From Acidobacteriota bacterium (GTDB lineage Bacteria; Acidobacteriota; CAIWXX01): a stretch of DNA of 64,000 nucleotides. Shown here one piece after another: positions 26,082 through 36,810 of this stretch. The DNA is taken from positions 32,001 through 96,000 of the forward strand of contig JBFMAF010000031.1 of NCBI GenBank assembly GCA_040755995.1. Direction: 5' to 3'. The notes below the pieces were generated by a model. The model did no database searches and had not been told where the DNA came from. It worked only from the letters and a program-made list of their open reading frames with translations. The position numbers and the translations under genes are program-made. Within the stretch, counting starts at the first letter, position 1, and each line of letters opens with the position of its first letter.

Positions 26082-28736
26082 ATGCTGCGAGGGATGGCGA
26101 ATGTGCCCGCTCGCCGCATACTCCTCGGATCCCTTGTTGGAATCATCTTCGGGCTCATCGCATGTCTTCTGGTGCGTTCCGATTCGGGCGAATTCGTACT
26201 CCCTCTGGATCAGGATCTCCCGCCGGGGAGCAGCGGCTTCTACGACAGCGAAGGCGGGGCTCGCTGGACTGGGCGGCGCGCTTCATTGGCTCTCCCCGGT
26301 CTCCCACGTCGACGGCAGTGGCAATGCGAGCTGCTTCTGCGAGCATACTGCCCCGACCCCGCCGCCTGCCCCAGCGTGTCGATCACGGTGGACGAGAAGT
26401 CCGTGGCCACGGGCGAGGTTGACGGCAAGGATCGCACATTCAAGCTGACGATCCCTCCGGACCCGCGGCGCGCCGGTGCAACGCTCGGCATCCAATGCTC
26501 GAAGACCTTCGTTCCCGGGCCGCACGATTCCAGGGAGCTTGGTGCAGTACTGTCCAAAGTCGTGCTGAGGAGACTGCCTGAGCGGACCGGGCTCGGTTCC
26601 ACCCCGGGTCTGGCCGCCGCACTGCTACTGGCCGCGTCGCTTGGGGCCGGGGCATGCCTCGCCATTCCTCGACTGCCGTGGGCGGTGCTCTGCGCGGCAA
26701 TTCTCTCGGTCGCGGCCGCCCGGGCTGCCACCCGAGCGGGAGGTCCGTTCGAAGCACCGGCCGAAATGTCCGCCGGCCCGGCGGCATTTGCATCCCTCAT
26801 GGTGCTCCTCGTCGCGGCGTCTGTGAACTGGGCCTGGGCCCGATCCGACGCCCGCGATGGCGAAACCGTGTGGACGCTCCGAGGTCTCCTCTTGCGTCAT
26901 GCCCCGGCGGTCATTTGCATGGCCGGCTGTCTGATGCTCGGGTTGCAGCTTGGAGCTCCCTACAGACTGGCCATCGGCAGCGGCGAGGATCGCTATGTCC
27001 ACGGATGGAGGGGGGACGACGAGAATGTCCTGGAGGACCACGCTCGGCGCTACTATCGATGGGCGCTGGACGGATGCAGCCTGCGGCTGCCGCTGCGCTT
27101 CCTGCACACGGATGTGGCGCTCAGCCTGGTGGCGGCCCGCCACGCACCGGGCGAGGTCACCGTGGCCGCGAACTCGACGCGAGTGTTTCGGCAGAGCTTC
27201 GATCGGCCGGCTCCATGGCGCAACTACACGGTGATCATTCCGAACGATGTCGCCTCCCGAGGTGCGTTACACCTGAGGTTCTCGGCAACGCCACAAGACC
27301 CCGAGCTGCTGGTGCTGGCGGTTGACTCGATCCAGTTGCTCCCGGGGCGCAGCGGATTGGTGATCCCGACACTGGGTCTGCTGCTATCATTTGTCGCGGC
27401 AGCCGTGACGTTCAACCTGGCTGCCGGCAGATTCCTGGGTCTCGGGAAGGTCCTTACCGCCCAGCTGATCGTTTCGGCCGCCGTTCTCGCCGGCCTGCTG
27501 TTCTGGAAACTGCCCACCATCACGATCGTCTCGCGCTTCTGGCCTTTCCTGCTCTTTCTCTGGGCTGTCTCGTTGATTATTCCCGGCATCGTGCGTGACC
27601 GCAGCTGGGCGGCCGTTCTTTTCCTTGGGCTGGTTCTGCACGGCGTGCTCTACTTCCATCCGTATCATTACCCCGCGGATCTGCACTACCACTCCCGGTT
27701 CGCGCAGAGACTCGGCGGACTCTCGCTCGCGCAGATCTACGACGTCTCGTTGATGTATGACGTCAAGGGCGAGGGGGGACTCACGTACCCCTATTCCCCC
27801 GTGTTTCACCTGATCGCCGGCTCTATCTGCCCTGCGGGAGGGGACATCAAGTACGTCGTGAAATTCCTTATGCTGGCCGTATTCGGATTGGTGGGGGTCT
27901 GTCTAAGGCCGATATGCCGCCGCCTCGGGCTGGGCGTCATCCCCCTCGCCCTCTACCTGCTCGACCCCACGCTCATGCGATACCTCTACCTCTGCTTCGC
28001 CCCCACCGTCTTCGGCCTGGCTCTCTTCGCATGCATTGTCTTGTTCATCGGAACTCGGCACCTGGCGGACCTCGGGCGCGCGCCTCTTCTCGGCGTGACG
28101 CTCTTGGCGGCGTTCGCGATGTGCGCCTATCCGGCCACGTTCGTGCAGCTGTCGCTGTTCCTGGGCTTGCTCGGTGCCTGGGCGGCGTTCGACCGAGACA
28201 CCAGGCCGGAACTTCCGGCACTGGCGCTGATCCTCACCCTTTCTGTAGCAGTCGCAATGGTCGTCTTCTACGGGCACTACGCAGATCTCCTGCTTCGCTT
28301 CGTGCACGAGTCCCGCGACAAGACACTCGGGCACGGATCCGCCCCGTCATTCGGAGCGGCGCTCAGAACCTTTGTAGGGACGCTGGTCGCATCCAGGTCA
28401 TGGCCATTCATTGCCGTTGCCGCCATGGGGGCCGTCCTCTCCCTGAAGCGTCGAGACCAGCCGCGATGGCGAGCCACCCAGCTGGTCTGGTTCGCGACAT
28501 TCCTCGGCATGATCGTGCTGACGAGCGACTACCTGTTGCCGAGCGTCCGCGGGCACATCAAGGAAATGGCCTATTTCTGCCCGCTGCTTGTCATGTGGGA
28601 GGCCGAGTGCATCGTCTGGTTCCACCGCAGGGGATACATCCTTTTCAGGATCACATCCGTGACCGCCTGCTGCATGTTGATCGTTCTCTCGATAGCCGCC
28701 GTATACCGCCTTCTCAGCTGGTCGTTCGTGTTTTGA
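26082..28736 (+). CDS. Large multi-pass membrane protein, probable GT-C with two periplasmic beta domains
   Basis: GFYDSEGGARWT and YRWA periplasmic domains; HP...DLHYH; YPYSPVFH; many TM. Start may be 26094. Confidence 0.72.
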   Translation: MLRGMANVPARRILLGSLVGIIFGLIACLLVRSDSGEFVLPLDQDLPPGSSGFYDSEGGARWTGRRASLALPGLPRRRQWQCELLLRAYCPDPAACPSVSITVDEKSVATGEVDGKDRTFKLTIPPDPRRAGATLGIQCSKTFVPGPHDSRELGAVLSKVVLRRLPERTGLGSTPGLAAALLLAASLGAGACLAIPRLPWAVLCAAILSVAAARAATRAGGPFEAPAEMSAGPAAFASLMVLLVAASVNWAWARSDARDGETVWTLRGLLLRHAPAVICMAGCLMLGLQLGAPYRLAIGSGEDRYVHGWRGDDENVLEDHARRYYRWALDGCSLRLPLRFLHTDVALSLVAARHAPGEVTVAANSTRVFRQSFDRPAPWRNYTVIIPNDVASRGALHLRFSATPQDPELLVLAVDSIQLLPGRSGLVIPTLGLLLSFVAAAVTFNLAAGRFLGLGKVLTAQLIVSAAVLAGLLFWKLPTITIVSRFWPFLLFLWAVSLIIPGIVRDRSWAAVLFLGLVLHGVLYFHPYHYPADLHYHSRFAQRLGGLSLAQIYDVSLMYDVKGEGGLTYPYSPVFHLIAGSICPAGGDIKYVVKFLMLAVFGLVGVCLRPICRRLGLGVIPLALYLLDPTLMRYLYLCFAPTVFGLALFACIVLFIGTRHLADLGRAPLLGVTLLAAFAMCAYPATFVQLSLFLGLLGAWAAFDRDTRPELPALALILTLSVAVAMVVFYGHYADLLLRFVHESRDKTLGHGSAPSFGAALRTFVGTLVASRSWPFIAVAAMGAVLSLKRRDQPRWRATQLVWFATFLGMIVLTSDYLLPSVRGHIKEMAYFCPLLVMWEAECIVWFHRRGYILFRITSVTACCMLIVLSIAAVYRLLSWSFVF

Positions 28737-28860
28737 CCAGCACGAAGAGAAGAGGCCCGCGCCCGGGAGACAGCCGACCGCCTGACGGCCTCACGTCGAG
28801 GCAGGCGGCCCCGCCACCAGGCGCGCTCCTGTTCGCGCCTCATGAGAGTCAGTGACGGGG

Positions 28861-29216
28861 CTACCAGGTCCGGCTTCCGGCTAACCTCCCCATCACCCAA
28901 TCCAGCACCCTCCTCCCTCCGATCCCGGCGAAGGCCAGGTAGAACGGGAGTACAGAATAAGTACCGGGTCCAGGGCGTAGAAGAACGATGCGACTCCGGC
29001 TATGCGCGCGTCCAGGTGTTTCCGCAACGCAAGATACAGCACCAGACACGTGAGCGTATCGATGAAGGCCTGCGCCAGCAGCGCCACCCATGGCTTGGTC
29101 CCGACGATCGCGTAGAGGGTTCCCGCGAAGAGTGGGAACAGCGGCGTTCTGTAAGCGTCGAGCGGGCCGTCTCGCTCGACAGCAAACTGGCGATGGAAGA
29201 CGAAGTTGATGGGCAC
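28861..29216 (-). pseudogene. Internally deleted paralogue of the adjacent GT39 gene
   Basis: RTPLFPLF...PWVALLAQAFID...YALDPVLILYS joined out of frame (about 28950) to LPFYLAFAGIG; both pieces match ORF 29313-30749. Confidence 0.75.
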
Positions 29217-29279
29217 GACTCGGAAACGACAACCAGGCCCTCCCCCAAGTCTGTTACGCCCCCGGGTAGCTCAGATTGA

Positions 29280-29308
29280 TTGACCGGCGAGCTGCACGCC
29301 GGTAGAAT
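29280..29308 (+). promoter_or_regulatory. Sigma70 promoter, probably leaderless
   Basis: TTGACC-17-TAGAAT; ATG at 29313 or 29316. Confidence 0.7.
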
Positions 29309-29312
29309 CAAC

Positions 29313-30749
29313 ATGATGAGTTGTTTGGTTTCGAGGTCTGCGAACTCAGCCACGAACGCCAGCCGAGCGCGGCTGGTCGTTTTCGGCCTGGCTCTGGCGG
29401 CGCGGGTGCTGACGTTTCTCATCGCCGCTCCCTGGGACCCGGCTGTCGAGCATGAACTGGTCCTCCACAATGACGGGATGACCTACAATCAATTGGCTGT
29501 GTCGCTGATCGACGACCGGCGTTTCGCTACCGGGCCTGAAGATCCCCCGGATCCCTGGCACTCGCCGCTGTACCCGGTCTTCGTAGCCGGCGTGTATCTT
29601 GTCTGCGGATACCGTCCCTGGACCGTGCTGCTGGTCCAGGCCTTGCTCGATTCCTTGACAGCGGTGATCGTCTACAGCACGGTGCGGCGATTCGTCAAGG
29701 CGCCACGTGCCGCTCTCTTCGCCGGAGTGTGCTACGCATTCGATCCCATCGCCATCCTTCACTCCATGCAGATGCTCACCGATATTCTCTACGTCGCGGT
29801 CATGGTTGGAGGCGGGTATTTGTTTGCGTCCGCCCTGGATGGCACGAATGAACGCGGCACCCATGCCCGCTTCGCCGCCGCGGGTGTTGTTCTTGGAGCC
29901 GCCGCCCTCGTGCGGCCGGTCGGGCTCTACCTGCCTGTCGCCATGATCCCGCTGATGCTCTGGCTGCACCGTAGGACGCTGCGGAGCGCCCTCGCCCCGG
30001 CCGCTCTGTTTCTCCTCTGCTTCTACTCCACCACGGCCACCTGGCAGCTCCGCAACTGGTCGCTCTATCGCGCCTACTCGCTGGCCGCAATGGGTGCCTG
30101 GGACACCATCACCATCTACACCGATCCGGTCTATACGGCGATCCACAACGTTACGGATCGGGAGGCGCAAATGAGTCTCGCTGCCGAGGCGGACAGAGAG
30201 ATGAGCCGGGACGGGATCGATCCAGCCCATGCCCACGCTTTCGCCAAGGCGCCCTACTGGGAACGCGTGGCATTGCGCCTGGCCCTGGATGAGCCGTTCC
30301 TGTTCGCCAAGTTCTATCTGCGCGGCACGGTGTACTTCTTCGCCAACATGTCCAGCGGCCGGTGGGCCAATCTGATCATGCATCGCCAGCGATCGCACGC
30401 ACCACCTCCGGATGGCGTCGTTGACCGGACCCCGCACAACGGAATGTGGCAGTCGCCGTGGGTCAAGACACGGATCGAGCTGCTCGTGGCTGCGGGGATC
30501 GGGACATGGTTCCTGCTCACCTACTCCTTCGCTCTGTATGGGCTTTGGAGAAGCCTCAGGTCAGGATTGACGCCCTTCCTGGCAATGTGCGCAACCATCG
30601 TGCTGTACTATGTCCTGATATCGGGAACTGGCGGGATGTCCCGTTTCAAGTTGCCGTCGATCCCCTTCTACTCCGCCTTCGCGGGTGTTGGAGCCGCCAG
30701 TGCCGCCATCCGGTGGTCCAGCCGACCCGATGACCGGGAACGTCTCTAG
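29313..30749 (+). CDS. GT39/PMT-like membrane glycosyltransferase
   Basis: NDGMTYNQLA, SPLYPVFVA, LTDILY, LVRPVG, WQLRN, SRFKLP. Confidence 0.85.
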   Translation: MMSCLVSRSANSATNASRARLVVFGLALAARVLTFLIAAPWDPAVEHELVLHNDGMTYNQLAVSLIDDRRFATGPEDPPDPWHSPLYPVFVAGVYLVCGYRPWTVLLVQALLDSLTAVIVYSTVRRFVKAPRAALFAGVCYAFDPIAILHSMQMLTDILYVAVMVGGGYLFASALDGTNERGTHARFAAAGVVLGAAALVRPVGLYLPVAMIPLMLWLHRRTLRSALAPAALFLLCFYSTTATWQLRNWSLYRAYSLAAMGAWDTITIYTDPVYTAIHNVTDREAQMSLAAEADREMSRDGIDPAHAHAFAKAPYWERVALRLALDEPFLFAKFYLRGTVYFFANMSSGRWANLIMHRQRSHAPPPDGVVDRTPHNGMWQSPWVKTRIELLVAAGIGTWFLLTYSFALYGLWRSLRSGLTPFLAMCATIVLYYVLISGTGGMSRFKLPSIPFYSAFAGVGAASAAIRWSSRPDDRERL

Positions 30750-30818
30750 CGGTCATGTGACCGAGGCTCACACAGGCCGAAGGGAAAAGCACATGTTCGC
30801 GCCCGGTCGAGAACTTGC

Positions 30819-32438
30819 ATGAGGGACCCGAAAGAACAGGAAGCGCTGGCCAGGTTCGTCTCTGATCCGGCCGGCAACGTGTTCGTCGTGAATCCCGGCG
30901 CGCTGCCGGGAATGATCGGCGCCGTGTACGCGCGGTACAGCCGTGCGAAGGGCGGATTCCGCGAGATCCTGCTCAATGAGTTCGTGAAGGAGGGCATCCT
31001 GGATCCGAAGCGCGCCGACGAGCTGATCGAACGCGTCCTGATCCAGTTCGGCGACGACTCGGTGCAGGAGCTCGAGAGCGCCTGGCTGTCGATCGAGGAG
31101 ATCTCGAATATCGCCACCAAGGCCATCGAAGACCGGCGGCTCGGGTCCTACATCGAGCAGTCATCGCGATACGTCTACTACGATCGACGCGACGATCAGG
31201 GCCGATTCCGATATCTCCGCGAGCCCACCATCATGGCGTCACCTCATGCGGCCGCATTCGAGGCGACAATGAACTCGGCGTTCGAGACCTACTGCAGGCT
31301 GATCGCGCCAATGCAGGCGTACTTCGAGCGGCGAAAGCCGCTGGAGTCCGCCGAGTACGAAATCCGCCTCGGCCAGGGCCGGATCCGATACGATGGCTGC
31401 GGGGATGAACGGGAACGCCGCGATTTCCATCGCACATGGGTCGCCGACATCCGCACCAAGACCTGCGACACGCTCCGCATCCTCCTCCCCGTCGCCACCC
31501 TCACCAACGTGGGCATGCACGCCAACGGACGCACCTTCGAACACATGCTCCGCCACCTCTACTCCAGCGACCTCCCGGAGCTGCAGGAGATCGCCAAGCG
31601 GGCCCACACAGCGCTGAACACTATCATCCCGCGCTACGTGCAGCGCGCACAGCGTACCGACTTCCTGGTCGAAACACGCCATGCGATGTGTGCGCTGGCA
31701 GAAAAGCTGCTTGCCGGACTCGACGCGCCCCTGCCCGCCGGCAACGGTGTCCGCCTGATCCGCAGCGGCAGCCACGACGACGGCCAGCTGGCCGCCATGC
31801 TGTTCGCCTTCAGTGAGCTCCCCTTCGAGACGCTCCTGACCAGAGTCGAGCAGCTCTCCGGCGAAGAGCGCCACGAGATCCTGGAGACGTACGTCGGGCG
31901 CCGTACCTGGCGCCGCGACCGGCCGGGTCGCGCACTGGAGTTCGGCTGTCCGTGGCTGTTCGAACTGGTGATCGACTTCGGTATCTATCGCGATCTGCAT
32001 CGCCATCGGATGGTCACGCAGGAGAGGCAGCTGCTGTCGACGAGGCTGGGATTCGCCGAGATCCCGCCGGAGATCGTCGAAGCGGGATTCAGCGACGACA
32101 TACAGACGCGCGTAGACGCGAGCGCGCGGATGTACGAGCGCATCCGCGCGGATCTCGGACGAGAGATCGCCCAGTACGCCGTGCTGTTCGGGTTCAACGT
32201 CCGCTGCTACTTCGGATTCAACGATCGTGAGGCGCAGCACCTGCTCGAGCTCCGAACGGGGCGGCAGGGGCATCGGAGCTACCGGCGGGTCTGCCAGGAG
32301 ATGTACCGGCAGATGCTCGCCGTGGCCCCCGAGCGCGTACGTGCGATCTGCCAGTTCGTCGACCTGAACGACTACGAGTGGCCTCGCGCCGACTCCGAGG
32401 CGTGGCAGCGCGCGATGGAGGCTGGTCTCGGGTCTTGA
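30819..32438 (+). CDS. thyX: Flavin-dependent thymidylate synthase, tandem double-domain type
   Basis: ARYSR, GDDSV.EL, EQSSRY, D.LR.LLP.ATLTNVG..ANGR, RDLHRHR, ELRT..QGH.SYR. Confidence 0.88.
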   Translation: MRDPKEQEALARFVSDPAGNVFVVNPGALPGMIGAVYARYSRAKGGFREILLNEFVKEGILDPKRADELIERVLIQFGDDSVQELESAWLSIEEISNIATKAIEDRRLGSYIEQSSRYVYYDRRDDQGRFRYLREPTIMASPHAAAFEATMNSAFETYCRLIAPMQAYFERRKPLESAEYEIRLGQGRIRYDGCGDERERRDFHRTWVADIRTKTCDTLRILLPVATLTNVGMHANGRTFEHMLRHLYSSDLPELQEIAKRAHTALNTIIPRYVQRAQRTDFLVETRHAMCALAEKLLAGLDAPLPAGNGVRLIRSGSHDDGQLAAMLFAFSELPFETLLTRVEQLSGEERHEILETYVGRRTWRRDRPGRALEFGCPWLFELVIDFGIYRDLHRHRMVTQERQLLSTRLGFAEIPPEIVEAGFSDDIQTRVDASARMYERIRADLGREIAQYAVLFGFNVRCYFGFNDREAQHLLELRTGRQGHRSYRRVCQEMYRQMLAVAPERVRAICQFVDLNDYEWPRADSEAWQRAMEAGLGS

Positions 32439-32532
32439 TTGCCCGCGGATCGCCGAATTCGATGAATGAATCCAATGTGATCAGTTGGTTCGCGGCAGTT
32501 GGACTTCGGAAATCGGCTCGTCATCCAGCCGC

Positions 32533-33546
32533 ATGCCTGGCCTGATTTCCCCTCGGGATCTCCCGCCGCCGCCGGACGGCATGACGGGATGGCCGTGGAC
32601 GTGCGACGAACTGCCGCATGTCGCACGCACTCTGCCCGATGGATCTCCGTGGCCGCTCGTCAGCGTCATCACGCCATCATACAATCATGCACACTTCCTG
32701 GAAGAGGCGATCCGGTCGGTGCTCCTGCAGGGCTATCCGAACCTCGAGTACATCGTGATAGACGGTGGCAGCAGCGACGGCAGCGTGGACCTCATTCGCA
32801 AGTACGAGCCCTGGATCACAAGCTGGGTGAGCGAGCGCGACGAGGGGCACGTCCACGCGATCAACAAGGGGTTCTGGCGGTCCACCGGGGATTTCCTCGC
32901 CTGGATCAACGCCGACGACTTGCTGTATCCAGGTTTCCTGATCCAACGTGTCACGCAGTTCCACGAGCGTCCTGACGTGGCCCTGGTCTACGGGGATGTG
33001 GAGACCGCCTGGGACAGGGATCCGAGGAGATGGCAAAGGAAGGGCAGGGCAATCACGCTGCGCGAGATGGTCCGCACGGCCGCGACACCGATGCCGCAGC
33101 AGGCATGCATGTGGCGGAGGCGGGTGTTTGACAAGATCGGCTGGCTCGACCAGAAGTGGAAGACCATAATGGATCGCGAGTTCCTGCTTCGAACGTGTAT
33201 GCACTTCAAGGCGGAGTATATTCCGGGCAAGGTGGGCCTGTTCAGATTCCACGGGGGCTCCAAGTCGGTGTCGATATCTCACGTCTGGCTGGATGAGGTG
33301 CCCGCTCTCTACACAGAGATATTCGACCGGCCGTACTTCCCCGAGGAACTGAAGCCCCTACGGAAAGAGAGCCTCAGCTCAGCCTACATCTTCTCTGCGA
33401 GGACGGCCTATGGGACCGGCGCGAGACGCCTCGCCTACGGCTTCACGCTGCGGGCGATTCGTGCCTATCCCAAGCTCCTGCTGAGAAGGAACGAGATCTA
33501 CATCGGGCTGTGGAAGTGCATCCGCAGGCTCTTGCGGATCTCCTGA
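32533..33546 (+). CDS. GT2 glycosyltransferase
   Basis: GWPW, SVITPSYN, IDGGSSDGS, AWINADD. Confidence 0.93.
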   Translation: MPGLISPRDLPPPPDGMTGWPWTCDELPHVARTLPDGSPWPLVSVITPSYNHAHFLEEAIRSVLLQGYPNLEYIVIDGGSSDGSVDLIRKYEPWITSWVSERDEGHVHAINKGFWRSTGDFLAWINADDLLYPGFLIQRVTQFHERPDVALVYGDVETAWDRDPRRWQRKGRAITLREMVRTAATPMPQQACMWRRRVFDKIGWLDQKWKTIMDREFLLRTCMHFKAEYIPGKVGLFRFHGGSKSVSISHVWLDEVPALYTEIFDRPYFPEELKPLRKESLSSAYIFSARTAYGTGARRLAYGFTLRAIRAYPKLLLRRNEIYIGLWKCIRRLLRIS

Positions 33547-33576
33547 TCGCCGCGCCCGGGTGGCGCGGTATCGGGC

Positions 33577-34362
33577 TCAGGGCGAATCGCCTTGCGGGGG
33601 CGGGCGCCTCTCGCTGCCTTTCCTGAGGAACGCCGCATCCGCGTAGGAGAGAGTCATGCAGGGAGGATGCCGGCGTTCCTCGACGAACTCCAGAAAGCGG
33701 AACCCGCTCGCATCCATGAAGCCCACGATCTCGCTGAAGCCGGCCTGGCCCTCGTAGAGGGGTTCCACCAGGATCTCCATCATGACCACGGTCGTGTCGG
33801 CCAGCGTCCTCTGTGCACCTCGCAACACCGCCAGCTCGAATCCCTGGACATCCAGCTTCATGAAGATCGGCGGCTCGAAGCTGCTCTGTTGGGCGATCTC
33901 GTCGAGCGTCGCCACCTGCACCTCAATTCTCCGGGCGTGCGCAGTCTTCGGGGATATCTCGCGATGCCGGTCGAGCATTGGCAGGAAACTGCTCGACGGG
34001 TCGTAATCGTTCTCGAACATCTCCGCTCGCCCGGCGTGATCGCCCAGCGCTGTAGGATGGACTCGGATGCGCGGTTCCGAGGCGGCCGCGGCCTGCAGCG
34101 CCGCCTGGCAGCCGCTCAGCGGTTCGAATGCATGGATCACGGCGTGCGGGAACAGCGCTGCGCACCAACGCGCAAACTGCCCGCGATTCGCTCCGACATC
34201 CAGCACCGTACGAATGTCGGCGTAGAGGCCGATTCGCCGAAGGAACTGATACAACGGTAGTGGGATGCGGCGCCGGCGGGCGTACCAGGCTCCGGGCGTG
34301 TCGAGGAGATCGGCATACCGGCGGAGTCTCCGCGCCCAGCTGCTCGCCCAACGATTCGTCAT
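33577..34362 (-). CDS. FkbM family methyltransferase
   Basis: LDVGANRGQ, AFEP, MKLDVQGFEL. Confidence 0.92.
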   Translation of the reverse strand: MTNRWASSWARRLRRYADLLDTPGAWYARRRRIPLPLYQFLRRIGLYADIRTVLDVGANRGQFARWCAALFPHAVIHAFEPLSGCQAALQAAAASEPRIRVHPTALGDHAGRAEMFENDYDPSSSFLPMLDRHREISPKTAHARRIEVQVATLDEIAQQSSFEPPIFMKLDVQGFELAVLRGAQRTLADTTVVMMEILVEPLYEGQAGFSEIVGFMDASGFRFLEFVEERRHPPCMTLSYADAAFLRKGSERRPPPQGDSP

Positions 34363-34545
34363 GCCGAGGACAGGATACCAGAAGATAGGTGTGCGCGTGT
34401 ACTCGCCCGCTGGGCCGCTCGTGCTGACCCGTCGCGACCGATCGTGATAGCATCTTCACGGAACGCGGTCAGCGATGGAGGAAGTTGCGATGGCAAAAGG
34501 GCAGGCCCGCAGGAGAGCGCTGCCTATGGTGGAGGCCGCGGGGCT

Positions 34546-35292
34546 GTGATCCGTCTGCCGTTCTCGATAGAGCCCCTTGTGCGATTGCTGCCCGCGTCAT
34601 GGGCAGCAGCCATCGACTACCATCTCCGCCCGCATCTTCGAAGGGAATGGCACGGGCCGTTCAACGGACAACATCATCGCCAGCAGATCTTCCGGGACCT
34701 GGTGGCGGCATGCGACTTCGTCGCGATCGCGGAGACGGGCACATACCGCGGAAGCACCACGGAGTTCATGGCCCGGCAGACAGGCCTGCCGGTGTACACG
34801 GCCGAAGTGGCGCGGCGATATCACGGCTATGCCGCTCGGCGGCTCCGGCGCGTCGCCGGCGTCCACCTGTTCTTGGACGACTCGCGCCGCTTCCTGAGGC
34901 GACTCGCGGAGGATCCGGAGATACCCAAGAGCAGCGTGTTCTTCTATCTGGACGCCCACTGGTACGGGGATCATCCGCTTCTGGAGGAACTCGGGATCAT
35001 CTTCTCCCGGTGGAGCCGGCCCGTCGTCATGATCGACGACTTCGCAGTGCCGGACGACCCGGGATACGACTGTGATGACGAGGGGGCCGGACGCCGGCTG
35101 TGCCTGGCCTACATCGAACCGCCTCTTCTGAAGTTCGATCTCGTGCCCTTCTTCCCGCGGCTGAGATCGGAGCTGGAGTCGGGCAGCAGGCAGGGTTGCG
35201 TCGTCCTCGCCCGCGGCGAGACGCTCTCGCTGCTGGGCGGCGTCACATCTCTCCGCCGCTGCGGGGGACGGCGCGAGGCATCGAGCGTATGA
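34546..35292 (+). CDS. Methyltransferase-like hypothetical protein
   Basis: GPFNGQ, ETGTYRGSTT, FYLDAHW, MIDDF; GTG start with GGAGG. Confidence 0.7.
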   Translation: MIRLPFSIEPLVRLLPASWAAAIDYHLRPHLRREWHGPFNGQHHRQQIFRDLVAACDFVAIAETGTYRGSTTEFMARQTGLPVYTAEVARRYHGYAARRLRRVAGVHLFLDDSRRFLRRLAEDPEIPKSSVFFYLDAHWYGDHPLLEELGIIFSRWSRPVVMIDDFAVPDDPGYDCDDEGAGRRLCLAYIEPPLLKFDLVPFFPRLRSELESGSRQGCVVLARGETLSLLGGVTSLRRCGGRREASSV

Positions 35293-35317
35293 TGCACTCC
35301 GCCCCGGGGACAGAGCG

Positions 35318-36760
35318 GTGAAGAAGCAGCTCTCGCACCAGATCTTCTGGGGCGCCACCTGGCTCAACATCGCCAACGGCGCGAGCATGGCCATGGGGTT
35401 TCTCCAGCAGATCGTGTTCGTGCGTTGTATGGGTCTGAGCCAGTACGGGTCGATGCAGATAGCCGTGGCTGCGTTCGAAGTGGCGGTGGCGTTCTTCGAT
35501 TTCAACCTGTACTACTCGGCTATCCGATACGGCGGCGAGGCGCTGGGGAGAGGGGATCAACGCAAGTTCGAGGAGGTATTCTCGGCCGCGCTGCAGATCA
35601 AGGCGATTCTTGCCGCCCTGCTGCTGGTGATGGCGACCGTCGTGTGGGGGATCGGCGCGTCCTACCGAGGCACAACGCTGGGGATACCCTTCCTGATCCT
35701 CGCATCGAACTACCTCTTCTCCAGCCTGCTCGGCTACGCCACCACTCTGTACAACACCGAGAAGCGATTCGGTGTCGTGTCGCTCCAGAATGCGGCCATG
35801 TCGTTTGCGACATCGATAGCGATGATGACCGCCGCATTTCTGCGGGGCACCGTAGTGAGCGTGCTCCTGGGCCAGATGATCGCCACGTTCATCGTCGCCA
35901 CGATCGCCCTCTTCGTGGTGCGCCGAAAGATCTACTTCCGAAGGATCAGACGAACGGTTCTTAACGAGGTGGCCGTCTACGCCGGGCAATTCGCCATATC
36001 GAGCATCATGAAGAGGATCCTGGGGAAGACGGATACGTTGATTGTGGGCTACTTCCTCACCACCAGGGATGTCGGGCTCTACCGGATCGCCCAGACGTTC
36101 GCGTCGCCAATCTACAATGCCATCAGCCCGCTCTGGAACGTCTTGTTCCCCATCGTCGCTGAGCTTTCCGGCAAGGAGGACTACCCCAAGCTCATGACGC
36201 TGTTCCAGCGCGGTTCCCGGCTGCTCACCGTCGCAGCCATTCCAGCAGCGGGCTTCGGGTCGCTTCTGATCGCACAGTTCCTCCTGATCGCCTACAAAGT
36301 TGATGCCCCCGAGGCAGTGTCCACGTCTCTTCTGCTATTCTGGGCGTCGGCCATCTCGGCCACTATCCCGATGTGTCCTCCGATCATTCGCGTCTTCAGG
36401 AATGATGTCGCGACCTGGTACTCCGTAGTCGCCACGGTCCTCAACACAATGCTCGACTTGCTGCTGGTCCCCTACATCGGGATACTGGGCTGCGGCATCG
36501 CCACGCTGATGGTGGTGAGCCTCGGAGCGACCTTCATGTATGTCTACGTCCACCGATTCCTGTCGGCGCGCACACCCCCTGCCGAATCCAGTCCACACCT
36601 GTTCTTCTTTGCGGCGGCAATCGGTCTGATGATCTTTGGATGGATGCATCTGCACGCGATCACGGCTGCAGGCGCGGCCGCGCTGGTCGTCGCAGCCTTT
36701 GCGTTCAGGATGATCTCGCTGCGGGAGATCAGGCAGCTTTTCGGCGACCTGCGTCGCTGA
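35318..36760 (+). CDS. Wzx-type polysaccharide flippase
   Basis: About 14 TM; D.LIVGYF....VGLYRIA; LFP. Confidence 0.88.
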   Translation: MKKQLSHQIFWGATWLNIANGASMAMGFLQQIVFVRCMGLSQYGSMQIAVAAFEVAVAFFDFNLYYSAIRYGGEALGRGDQRKFEEVFSAALQIKAILAALLLVMATVVWGIGASYRGTTLGIPFLILASNYLFSSLLGYATTLYNTEKRFGVVSLQNAAMSFATSIAMMTAAFLRGTVVSVLLGQMIATFIVATIALFVVRRKIYFRRIRRTVLNEVAVYAGQFAISSIMKRILGKTDTLIVGYFLTTRDVGLYRIAQTFASPIYNAISPLWNVLFPIVAELSGKEDYPKLMTLFQRGSRLLTVAAIPAAGFGSLLIAQFLLIAYKVDAPEAVSTSLLLFWASAISATIPMCPPIIRVFRNDVATWYSVVATVLNTMLDLLLVPYIGILGCGIATLMVVSLGATFMYVYVHRFLSARTPPAESSPHLFFFAAAIGLMIFGWMHLHAITAAGAAALVVAAFAFRMISLREIRQLFGDLRR

Positions 36761-36810
36761 GGCCTCGGGCTGGCCAGCTCGCCGAGGAATCGGCCGGACC
36801 ACCAGCCCTG

